Below the pieces are notes generated by a model, which was not told where the DNA came from, ran no database searches, and saw only the letters and a list, made by a program, of their open reading frames with translations. Position numbers and translations under genes: made by a program. From Lama guanicoe (Eukaryota), in the NCBI GenBank assembly GCA_013239625.1, contig MU056029.1, positions 1,116,001 to 1,180,000 on the forward strand: a stretch of 64,000 bases of DNA. Direction: 5' to 3'. How positions within the stretch are numbered: the first letter of the stretch is position 1; every line of letters begins with the position of its first letter. Positions 13,121 through 23,927 of the stretch are shown in pieces.

Positions 13121-15717
13121 CATGGTCTTCACTTCTTGCTACTTCTTTTATTTATCTTTTATTTCTTGCAGTGCCAAGCTTAGGGTCAGAAGGAAAAGTG
13201 CCCAAGCCTTGGATGAACTGACCTGAATTCCCTGTAACACAAGGAATACTTGCTTACAGTGATTTCTGAGGACTCTTGACAGAGAAGGAAGGAGAATAAA
13301 TATTGCAGCCATTCTGCTGGGCACGAGTGTTACCAAAGACTGAGGGAGAGACCCACCAGAGTCTGCTGCCCAGCCCTTTCAATCTCCACTAAGGAAAAAT
13401 GTCCTTTTAGCCATAAAACTAGAAAAAAAAATTTTAATGAAAGCATCCTATAATCCTTCTCCCTGACACTCTCCAAAAAAGTTAAATGAAACACATAGCA
13501 TAATTGATGAAAATCCTTCCTGGCTATGTCCATTGTACATACGTATTTTTTGCCAAATTTAGATTCATACAATGCACACCATTTTGCAACTGTTTGTGGC
13601 TCACACCATGTGGATGGACCACCTCATTCTTTGATGGGTTTCACAGTATTCAACCATCTGAAAGTAACCACCCTTTTTTAACCAGCCTCCCCTACTAGGA
13701 GCATTTAGTTACTTACCAGTTTCTCACTATTCTAAACAATACTGCAATTATCTTTGTATCATGTAAACAAATGTTTCCACAGGGAAATTCCCTGACGCAA
13801 TTTCTCCGTTAAAAGTATGCAAGTTTTAAAATACACTGTATCATGCCAAATTGGCCCTTATCCAATGTATCATCATGCATTCCTACAAGTGCTTAGAAGA
13901 ACCCTTCCCTACAGCCTTACTAATGTTATTTAATTAAATTACTTGCATCTCCCCAAGAGTGTCAGCCGTATTGCCTGCCTCTCCATTACACTATGGGCAC
14001 CCATGATTCTAGTTTGTCTGTTGGATCATTTACCAAAATTGGCTCTCTGATGTCTTCCAAGTCTGTGTGTCCTTTTAATACAATGGACAGTTACCTTTTG
14101 CCATGAGTATTATCCACATTTCACCAAATTTTTAGTTTCAAGTGTTTTCTTTATAGTGTCTAGTCTTGATGTATTGTTAAAAAAAAAAAAACTTTACTAA
14201 CCTAGGATTGTAACTTAAAATGTAGTCCGAATAGTCTCATACATTTTTTGTTTGTTTGTTTTTTAAAATGTGCACACCTTTTTCAGGAGGATATTTTAGA
14301 AATGGCATGAGGTAGAAAACCAAGTATCAAACATTTTTACCCCAAACCTTAAATAGATTAGCCTTTCACCTCTGGTTTGAAACATCATTTCCCAAAAATG
14401 AATGTGTCTTCAACTGGACTCCCGCTTCTCTTCCGTGGATTTACTACATCGTCCTTGCTGTAATTCACCTCATTTTATTTTGCTTTTTAAAAACCTCGTA
14501 AGGAAAGTTCTGATAATTAATCTTTTTCTCCCAGTCGGTTATTGTTACTCTCACTCATTTATTCTGCTACTTGAACTTTATCAATTTATCATGTTCTTAC
14601 CAAATTATATTGCCAGATTATAACTGAGATTTTATTTTCATTACATATTGACTTGAGAATGAGTAAGATCTATATAATGTTAAGCCTTTCCATCCCATCA
14701 TTACATTGTCATTGGTCTCTATTTTCCTCAAAAACAAATGGTCCCATGAGGACCATGGGATGGATGGCCCTTTCCTTTTGCTCTCATCCCCATTCCTCCC
14801 ACGACCCTTAATCCGAGGGTCTGTACCCCAAAAGGCATTCAGTTCCACAGTAGAAAGATTTCAGCTTGGGGCTGAATCCTGGCTCCACGAAAGCTATGTG
14901 GTTGAAGAAATCAAACTCTGTTTCCGTCAATGGAAGATGGCTGTTAGGGTTACCTGTATAATCTCGTACCTTTATAGCTGCAGTTGCTCAATGACCAGTA
15001 TTATTACAGTGTTTTCTGATTCAGAGAGATGCCAGCATGTAACTCAGTGTTCCCAGAAAACTTCATTAGCGCAATGAATACTGCATGTCAGAACGGAAAA
15101 GTTCAAAACTGTGGGAAAAGTGAACATCACATTCTTAGCTTTTCTGTTTCGCTGCTAAGCAAAATGCAACGTGACAGCCTTAATAGGAAAAGGGCATTTT
15201 CTGGCCTTACGATGATTCTCTGCCAATTCACTCCTCCTGATGAACACTGACCTTGTACCATGCCCACCTCCACTCTGAACCAGTGGCTGGGTCACTACCA
15301 GCGATGACCGACTGCGCATCCTCCTGCGGACAGCAGCGCGCACGCACTCCATACTGCATCTAGGTACAGCTCAAGTGTCTTTGAAACAAAGTCCTTTCTC
15401 CACTCTTGCCCCTAAGTAGGAAGGAGGTTATACTTACTAATTAGGAATCTGGTGGGAAATGGTACTGGTCTCCAGAAGTAAAGCCCTGTGGACTTAATTC
15501 CCCCTCCAGTGTGTCTGAGACTGTCTTCCAGTATAAAATTACCAGCAACGCTCAGCACAACCTGAGCAGAAACTTGGCTACACAGCGGAGGTTTTCTGAG
15601 GGGGCAAACAACAGTAGCACAACCCACATTCTCTTCTCCACTCTTCTCATTACCAATTAGGGCTCAGCCATTTAGTAACTGCCTTTTTTTTCAGTATTGA
15701 AAGTGTTTTATTTCCTT

Positions 15718-16495
15718 AATTTTTTTTTAATTTTTTATTGAAGTCAGTTATAATGTGTCAATTTCTAATGTACAGAACAATGTCCCAGTGATGCATATAT
15801 AGACATATATTTGTTTTCATATTTTTTCACTAAAGGTTAGTACAAGGTATTGAATATAGTTCCCTGTGCTGTAGAGAAGAAATTTGTTGTTTATCTATTT
15901 TTATATATAGTAGTTAACATTTGCAAATTTCAGACTCCCAGATTTACCCCTTCCCACCCCCTTCCCCCTGGTAACCATAAGTTTACTATGTCTGCGAGTC
16001 TGTTTCTGTTTTGTAAATAAGTTTATTCATGTCTTCTATTTTCTTTTTCCATTTTTAGATTCCACATGAGTGACATCATATGGTATTTTTCTTTCTCTTC
16101 TGCCTTTCTTCACTTAGAATGATGATCTCTAGGTCCATCCATGTTGCTGCAAATGGCATTATTTTATTCTTTTTTATGGCTGAGGAGTATTCTGTTGTAT
16201 AAATATACCACAACTTCTTTATCCAGTCATCTGTTGATGGACAGTTAGGCTGTTTCCATGTCTTGGCTGTTGTAAATAGTGCTACTGTGAACACTGGGGT
16301 GCATGTTACCTTTTCTTATTAGAGTTCCCTCCAGATACACACCCAGGAGTGGGATTTCTGGGTCATATGGTAAGTCTATTTTTAGTTTTTGAGGAATCTC
16401 CATACTGTTTTCCATAGTGGCTGCACCAAACTACATTCCCACCCACAGGGTAGAAGGGTTCCCTTTTCTCCACAGCCTCTCCAGCATTTAGTAAC
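15718..16495 (-). mobile_element. Lineage-specific L1, ORF2 C-terminus plus 3' UTR
   Basis: Minus-strand peptides [32 protein letters not shown] and MFTVALFTTAKTWKQPNCPSTDDWIKKLWYIYT..YSSAIKKN, with a poly-T at about 15718. Confidence 0.9.
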
Positions 16496-17700
16496 TGCAC
16501 TTAATACTGAGATCAAGCATGACAATTCTCTGAGAGTCCGCTTAGAAAACCTGACAGGCTGTATGGGCATTTAACTGCTGTTGTGACTCCCATTTCTTTC
16601 CACTGCGTGTTGCTTCTTAGTCTAAACTATGCTTCCTTACTGAAATAAACATAGTTATCAGCAACAGTGGAAATTACTTTCAACGTAACTCAACAATAAC
16701 AGAAACTTTCATTAAAATGTGAATTACCAGTATCAAGCTCATGACTTTGAAACTTGTATTTTCAATTCTCAAATTATATTTTCAAGTAACATTTCATTTA
16801 TTGCATGTATTTACATGTGTGTATTTTTAGGCATACAGATGTGCACATAGAAGTTTTCAGAATTTCTAAATGTTTTATTTTGAAATAATTACAGATTAAT
16901 AGGAAATTGGAAGAAAAATGTACTAGGAGGTGCCGTGTACCCATCACTCAGTTTCCCCCAAAGGTACCACCAACTGGCATAACTATCGTGTAATAGCAAA
17001 ACCAGGAACATGAGTACAACCCACAGGCCTCATTCAGATTTCACCAGGTTTATAAGCACTCATTGTGTGTGTATGCGTGCATGCGCATGCACGCGTGCGT
17101 GTTGGGGGGCGGGGGGGTGGTTACAGTTCTGTGCAATTGTATCATATGTGGAGACTTGTGTAACCTCAGTTAAGATACAGATGTGTTCCATGGTCAAACA
17201 CCTCTCTCCAGCTTCCCCTTTATAGCCACACCCACCATCACCCTTCTCTCTCCATCTCTAACCACTGGCAACCACGAATCTGGTCCCTTTCTCTGCAACT
17301 TGTTTCAAAACCGTTACGTAAATAAAATCAGTGTGTAATCCTTCGAGACTTGGCTTTTTCAAAACCACAAACTTCATGAGGTCCATCTAAGCTGTGTGCA
17401 TCAACAGTTCACTCCTTTTTACTGCTGAAGAGTGCTCCACAGTGTGGAACACAGTTTGTTTAACCATTCCACCCCTTCCCGTGTACCTGGCACGTCTCTA
17501 GTTTGGGGCTATTACATATGAAGCTGCTATGGATATTCATTTACAGGTTTTTCTGTGTTTACAGGTTTTCATTCCTCTGGATAATTGCCAAAGAATGCAA
17601 CTTCAGGGTTGTATCATAACTGCATATTTAATTTGATAATAAACTGTCAACTTATTTTCCTAAGTGGCTGTACCACTTTATAGTCCCACCAGCTGTGTGC

Positions 17701-18204
17701 TGTAACAGGGAAGAAGTTCACATCAGATCTGTTCCTTTAGCTCTAACCCTGTGCTCTGTTTCCTGTACTTAGGCTAGTTCTGCACCTTCCGTAAAGGAAT
17801 GCTGTGTATAACCTGAAATCGACAGGACAGCCCATTCTCAAGGCTCTGACCTTTAAGGGTATAACATGTTTCCATTCATGTAGAGATACAAAGTTGCAGA
17901 ACAGAGAAGAACTTTTATCCTGTTGGAGGTTTACAGGGACATCACGACCTGACCTACCTGGACAGCAGCAAGAACAAAGGATTCAGGCACCAAGAAGTTT
18001 GCAACAACCAGTCTCACCCCCTCCCCTTTTCAGTATAAAAGAAGCCTGAATTTTGATAGGTAAGATGGTTCTTTGGACACTAGTCCATCATCTTCTCCAT
18101 CTGCTAGCTTTCCAAATAAAGTCACTGGTCCTCACCCAAACAACTCGTCTCTCGATTTACTGCCCTTTTGTGCAGCCAGCAACACAAGCTTGGACTTTGT
18201 AACA
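17701..18204 (+). mobile_element. 5' LTR of the provirus
   Basis: TGTAACA...GTAACA termini, TATAAAA at about 18034, AATAAA at 18115. Homologous to 23404-23927 and 952-1789. Confidence 0.9.
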
Positions 18205-18209
18205 AATTT

Positions 18210-18227
18210 TGGTGAGCTGGCCCGGAG
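18210..18227 (+). promoter_or_regulatory. Primer binding site, degenerate tRNA-Arg(ACG) type
   Basis: TGGTGAGCTGGCCCGGAG versus TGGCGAGCCAGCCAGGAG (complement of the tRNA-Arg-ACG 3' end): 14/18 match, 5 nt after the LTR end. Confidence 0.7.
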
Positions 18228-18642
18228 CGCTGTCGTGCTGCTCGTGGCCAGCCGGCCCCTTGGGGAACTTGGGGTAAGGCTCCAGCAGCTGTTGGGGCCA
18301 CCTGTCCTGAGTATCCGCCCTTCAGAACTCCGCAGAGCGGCCCCGGCTGCCCCAGCGCTTGCAGCTGGAGCAAGGAGTCAGCATCTGGGAGCCTCCGGGC
18401 TCCGTACACAGAGTCAGTCGCTCTGCTGTGCACAGCCAGAAATTGTATTCCTCTCCCTTTGGGGCTTTTTTCCCCTCCAGAGTAAGTCAGTTTGTTCTGT
18501 ATTTGAGTGAGGTACTCTATAGGAGAGAGGAAATAATTGCTGGACACGCCAGATTTGTGAAGCGGTTCCTTTGTTTCTTTGGATGCTAGCGTGTATGTGC
18601 ACCATTTGTGTTTTGTTTGCCTTGCGTTTCTGTCTTTAAAGA

Positions 18643-20765
18643 ATAGGGAGTGTTTCAACTATCCCTAAAGAAAGTCCTCTGAGGCGCATTTTGGACAAGT
18701 GGTCTGATTACAGCTATGCAGCCACGCCTAAGAGGAAGATGGACAATGTGTGGCCACGGGACCTGCCCAGGCCTCCGCAGGGGGCTGCAGGTCATCTCCA
18801 CATACCGCCACTCTTGCTGTGTTAATCATGGTATTGGTGTATGTGAACCCCCAAGACCATGCTTGAGGGCTTATTTAGGGTTTTCTCTTTGTCCTCCGGG
18901 TTTTTCATTTCATTTGTTTTGGTATCATTTCTCCATTTGCAGTGAAGACAGTTTCGTGATATTTAAAACTTTTACTAATGTCAGATGAAGGAAAGGAACA
19001 CACACACACACACCCCTGTTCTTTTCTGAGAACGTGACAGAAAGGCTGCACTTAGTTCCTAAAATCATCAAAAGCCCCAGCCCAGGGTTCAGCCCGGCTG
19101 GTTGATGCCAAGGCAAAATGGTTAGAGAGGATCCATTGCTATTTATAGTTTTACAATAAAACGCTGAGGAATGGTGACCTTGGAAGGGCTCTAAACAATC
19201 CTGCAATTATAGATATTTTGTGACAAAGCAGATAAGAAAGGTGAAATCCCCTACGTGCAAGCATTTGTGCCATTACATCAGGGAAAATAAGAAAAACCGG
19301 AGTTAGGATATGTTACTGCAAATCCTCACTTGTCCAGCTGAGCCAGCTGTCCCAGTGCCCAACACCGGGGCTCGGGAAGTGGTTGGCCTGGCTCCCCCTC
19401 CTCACAGGGATCAATTAGAAAATCCTGTGTTAGTTCCTGGGGCCAGGGACCTTGGTGTTACCATCTGAGACCTGACAGGGCACCCAGTTTGGACCAGGAA
19501 ACACTTTAGGCACAAAACAATTTCCCCTACACCATTAGCCCATACGTGCAAACAGCCAGCAGGCTGAATTTAACAAAATTAAATTCGGCAAAACCCAAAA
19601 TTCCGAGTTTTGGAAAGGATTTATCAGGTCTTTGGCAGATCCCAAGGCTCCTGAAAACGCTAGAACGGTAAAATTAGACAGTGCATTTGGAATGAACCTG
19701 TCTCATCTGGCAGATACTGCTTTTAAAATGTTAAACAACAAGGAAAACGCTCATTCTGGAAACTCATTGCTCTGTCCAAGGTGGTCCTCGTGTCCTTCAT
19801 CATCACCCCACTCGGCTCATGCTTCGGCTTCCTTGGTCCTACGCCGCCCCTCTCTGTTTCAGAGTTTAATTTACCAGCTGGATATGCGGGACTGGCCTTC
19901 CCGGGCTTGGCCCTGTCCTGCACTGGCTCCTCACCCCCACTGGGCCTGCTCTGTGACAAGATGCCACATGTAAGGAAGTGGCTTCTGGTTTTTGGAGACT
20001 TGGTCACAGCAGGATGCTAAATGCTTTTAGGATCTGCCCCAGTCTTGCAAATCAAGAGGTGATGACCCTCCAGGAAACGCAAGGGAGACACCCAGGCAGC
20101 TTTCAAGAGAACAGAGGTTTGCACTGATGCCAGCAGCTCCCATTGACTTAGGTTCCCTGATGCGCTATTCCATCCTTGGACCCTTTTTTCCAAGGAGGCT
20201 GAGAAGAAAGAAGCCAGCAATACAGTTACTGGTATAATCTTTGGACATTATGGGGTTTTGTTTGTTTGTTTTTTAACTTCTGGAATCTTTGGTATTTGGA
20301 AAATACCTTGTACATATTGGAGCAAAATTTATGTTTGTAGCAAAATCTATGTGTGTCTCAGGAGGAGTTACAGTTCTCTTTGGTGTACTGGACCCAGTTT
20401 CGGCAGGACCAGTGTTTACTGCTATGTGTTTTCTAGCGAGAGTAATGGAAGCAGCAGTAATTGCATCTTCCATCCTTGCAAAGCTTTTCCAAATAATGTG
20501 GCTCAAGTATTGGAACGTCTTGAGACTTTTTCCTGGCCTGGGACTAACGTTAGGGCCTCCTTTAGGTGGCTTTTTGTATCAATCCTTTGCCTACGAGGTG
20601 CCATTTATTTTTCCGGGCACACAGGACTATTGTGGGTACCCCTCAGCGTGTACACTTTACCTAATGATGAGTCTGATCTAGGAAAATAATAAAAGAAAGA
20701 CTGGAGCCTCTCACATGGTAGAAAGAGAGGAACACTGATTATGAATAATCACTGATTATGAATAA
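18643..20765 (+). pseudogene. gag: Degenerate retroviral gag (MA, partial CA; NC missing) interrupted by two non-viral inserts
   Basis: MA-like (M>I)GSVSTIPKESPLRRILDKW...NVWP resumes at about 19166 with ...PWKGS...ILQL*IFCDKADKKGEIPYVQAF. CA C-terminus ADPKAPENAR...GMNLSHLADTAFKMLNN. The gag stop region is followed by RGLGAP at about 20766. Stops, frameshifts and deletions throughout. Confidence 0.8.
19741..20686 (+). pseudogene. SLC18B1: Intronless, circularly permuted SLC18B1 (MFS polyamine transporter) retrocopy embedded in ERV gag
   Basis: 19742-20058 translates GKRSFWKLIALSKV...FNLPAGYAGL...RKWLLVFGDLVTAGC*MLLGSAPVLQIK (about aa 224-330 of human SLC18B1). 20059-20686 translates GDDPPGNARETPRQLSREQ...YSILGPFF.KEAEKK...FGKYLVHIGAKFMFVA...GPPLGGFLYQSFAYEVPFI...LPNDESDLG (about aa 15-224). 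No introns; stops and frameshifts present. Confidence 0.93.
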
Positions 20766-22930
20766 AGAGGCCTGGGGGCTCCCTTGGACTTGAGCCCCCA
20801 ATTCCAATTTCCCCACAGACACTCTGGGTAAAACGGACAGTGGGAAGGAGCTGACTGACCTTCTGATGGATGCGGGGAAAACATACTCTGTGGTAAACAC
20901 CGAAGTGGCATGGAAAACATGCCAGACCACCCTGATCACAAGACTCTCCGGAGAAATACGAAAGCATTCCTTCTTACCACCTCCGCAGTGCCGACTGGGG
21001 GCCTCAACCTGAAGCACAGCTTCGCACATCTGCCTCGGTGCCCAGCTGCTCTTTGGGGACTGTCCTTCACCAGCTGAATGCTCAGATAACTTCTTCATCA
21101 GAGCAGCCTGACATCAGGGTCCCACCAGAACACGCTTAAGTCTACAGTCGGCGCCCATGGAAACCGCAGAACAGGAGACGGCGCTCCTCCTCCCGGGAGG
21201 TCTAGGAAAAGTGAGGCCAGAAGTGCGGGCGGATGGCACGCCAGGGAAGGCCAAAAACACATGGCCAAAACCCAATAAAAAAGGATGTTAGGACACTTAA
21301 TCTAAAATAGTATCCTCTGAGGCAAGAGGCCCAAAAGGGAATTCCACCAATTCTCGAAAATTTTTTGAAACCAGGACTGACTACACCTTGTCGCTCCCCG
21401 TCTACGACCCCTGTTCTGATCAAAAAGCCGAACTCAGCAGAAGACCGCTCTGTCCAAGACTTGAGGGCTATTAATGAAGTTGTCCACGACTTACACTCTT
21501 CAGTGCCTAAACGACACCCTATGCTCACAACGATGCCAGGAGAATATGGCTGGTTCTCAGTTTGGGGCTTGAAAAGATACTTTTTTCCCTGCATTCCTAT
21601 TGCAGAAGAATCACAGCAACTGTTTGCTTCTGAATAGCAGGATCCGGAGACACAGGCCGGCCGGCTTGGACGGCCCTGTCTCAAGAATTGAAGAATTCCC
21701 CTACCTTGTTTGGGGAATTCCAAGGCTAGAGACCTTGGGAACTTAACATTGGCTGAAGGACTTTTACTCCAGTAGGCGGATGATTTGCCAGGGCAAACAC
21801 CAAGTCATGAGAGGATCACTTTTCCCACAGACTGACTTGTCATGACACCAGCTGGTGTATTCAGAAAAGGACAGAGAGAAGGCAAAGAGTGGGGCTTCAC
21901 TCTTGATCACAGCTCACCTGGCTGGAAACGCAGTGCACTCACTAGGACCTGCCTTGCTCCCCGAGGCTCTCCTGGGCACCATGCTGCGGCAAGTTCATAC
22001 CAGGACCCGTTACAGGAGAGCTGCCACCGTACAACGGATCCAGAAGTATACAGTAGGGCCTAACCCACATAAGACCATCCAGCCAGTCGCTCAGAGTCGC
22101 ATGATTTGTGCTAAAAATAACCCAAAGACTGCCGTCAGGCCTCCCCAGATGGGGACGCCACACAGAGGAGCCTGCCCTGCAGAGGAGGGGCAAATAGAGT
22201 TTACTCAAACGCCTCGAGCTGCAGGAAATTTCAGGTGTGGACACTTTTTCAGGACAGGTGGAGGCATATCCCACCCAGACGGCAAGAGCCTCCCAGACGG
22301 TTCAGGCCCTCCTTAGGGAAATCACCCCCGATCTGCGGGGTGCCTGACACCCTCCAGAGCGACAAAAGGCCCGCCTTTGTCTCCAGCAGAGCCTAGCAAG
22401 GGTCTGAAGTAGTGCAAGTTAACTGGAAACTACATTCATCCCAGAGACCACAATCAACAGGGAAAACCAAGAAAACGAATCATACCTTAAAGAGGAGTAT
22501 TGCTCAAATATGGCCAGAGACTAACTTAACTTGGGATTAGACCTTGCCAGTTGCCCTGTGACGTATCAGAGTGGCTCCCAGAAGCAGGCTAAAATTAAGC
22601 CCCTTTGAAATACTGAATGGTAGGCCATTTCAGGTGTCTTCCCCAGGCGGGAAAATCTGTAAATGCTAAAAAAGACCTAGCAGTTGCCAATTATGTTAAA
22701 ATTTGGGCACCCTACTAACCTCTGTTCATGAGTTTGCCTCCAACAGGTGTGCCTGTCCAACTGAAGTAGCCTGACATCCTTTCTGACTCAGAGACCAAGT
22801 CCTGCTTAAGACCTGAGCATCAGCTGACTGCAAAGTGGACAGGACCACACGTGGTATTACCTACCATCCCCTCATCTGTCAGGTTGGCTGGGGTAAAGCT
22901 ATGGATCCATCACACTTGTTCTAAAGCAGC
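20766..22930 (+). pseudogene. pol: Degenerate retroviral pro-pol (protease, RT N-terminal half, integrase)
   Basis: Protease LLMDAGKTYSVVN (DTG-like) at about 20860. RT motifs PCRSPSTTP..KKP..SVQDLRAINE, FFPCIP..SQQLFA, KNSPTLFG and LLQ*ADDL (YVDD-like) at about 21770. Integrase motifs QIEFTQTP, LQSDKRPAFVS, WKLH..RPQSTGK and WTGPHVV..WIHHT. Large deletion after the YxDD motif. Confidence 0.88.
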
Positions 22931-23403
22931 ACCACCGTCATCAGCAAATGACCCAACTCCTGAGAGGCCCGGGGGAGCAACGGGATTGTGAACCCTTACA
23001 ATTAGGGCTGCTCTTTCAAAAAGACAAGCACTGAGATTATAATTTCATTGTAGCTGGAGAAGGGCTAACCTATTTGTTAATCTTATCCAAATAAACAGCA
23101 CAGGAATCTAGTGTAATTACAGCCCAGCTGGAAAGGTAAAATTAACAGATATGTATTGGGAACTGGAACCAAAATCCCAAGTTCAACAAAGTACGAACGG
23201 ATTTTCATCAGGTTTAAGAAGTTGTAGATAAAGAAAGAGGATTGTACCAATGACTAAAGATTCTAAGGAAAGTTCCCTGCCCAAAGCTGATCAATTCCAT
23301 GCCATGGTCACCCCCTCAACGGCCCTGTTCAGAAGGAAGTAGCCAATACAGTTGTCGCCCCTTTCCCCACAAGATCGTGGAGTAGACACTGGCAGTGGGG
23401 AAT

Positions 23404-23927
23404 TCTAAAAGGAAAGAACAAACCTGACTTCATTATTAGATCTGTTTCTTTAGCTCTAGCCCTGTGCTCTGTTTCCTGTGCTTAGTCAAGCTGGTTTTGC
23501 AACTTTTGTACACTAATGCTGCCTAGAGCCTGAAAAAGACAGGAGAGCCCATTCTCAAGGCTCTGACCTTTAAGGGTGTAACGCATTTCCATTCATATAG
23601 AGATAAAATGTAGCAGAACAGAGGAGAACATTTGTCCTGTTGGAGGTTTGCAGGGACACCGTGACCTGACCCACATGGACAGCAGGACGAACAAAGGATT
23701 CCGACACCAGGAAGTTTGCAACAACCAGTCACATTCCCTCCCCTTTTCAGTATAAAAGGAGCCTGAATTCTGACTTGGGGAAGATGGTTCTTTGGACACT
23801 AGTCCATCATCATCATCTCAGTCTGCTAGCTTTCCAAATAAAATCGCTATTTTCTTGCCCCAACAACTTGTCTCTCAGTTTATTGGCCTGTTGTGCGGTG
23901 AGCAGTATGAGCTTGGACTCAGGAACA
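23404..23927 (+). mobile_element. 3' LTR of the provirus
   Basis: Follows the PPT (ggcagtggggaat), ends ...aggAACA, and has TATAAAA and AATAAA. By eye roughly 80-85% identical to the 5' LTR, implying an old insertion. Confidence 0.9.

Larger units (their letters stand above)
17701..23927 (+). mobile_element. Defective class I (gamma-like/ERV1) endogenous provirus: LTR-gag-pro-pol-(env deleted)-LTR, antisense to GABRB3
   Basis: Paired LTRs, a tRNA-Arg-like PBS, degenerate gag/pro/RT/IN motifs, and a purine-rich PPT (about 23391-23403). It interrupts an older L1 (ccaccagctgt|...|gtatgagtg) with a degenerate 4-bp TSD GTGC/GTAT. Confidence 0.92.

Noticed and set aside
17064..17102. 20-bp perfect palindrome GCGTGCATGCGCATGCACGC (17075-17094) in an alternating purine-pyrimidine tract
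   Set aside because: It lies in a TG-type microsatellite within an L1 3' UTR, where such palindromes arise readily by slippage and mutation.
20289..20681. 130-aa ORF as a functional SLC18B1-derived or gag-fusion protein
   Set aside because: It has internal frameshifts relative to SLC18B1, a stop at 20018-20020 in the upstream segment, is out of frame with gag, and has many radical substitutions. It is a pseudogene.
19741..20686. Ordinary L1-mediated processed pseudogene of SLC18B1
   Set aside because: No poly(A), no 3' UTR or C-terminus, exon order permuted on the same strand (not a twin-priming inversion), and viral sequence is replaced at the site.
22930..23390. Retroviral env gene
   Set aside because: Only about 450 bp lie between integrase and the PPT, with no ORF and no furin, ISD or TM motifs that I can recognise; env is essentially deleted.
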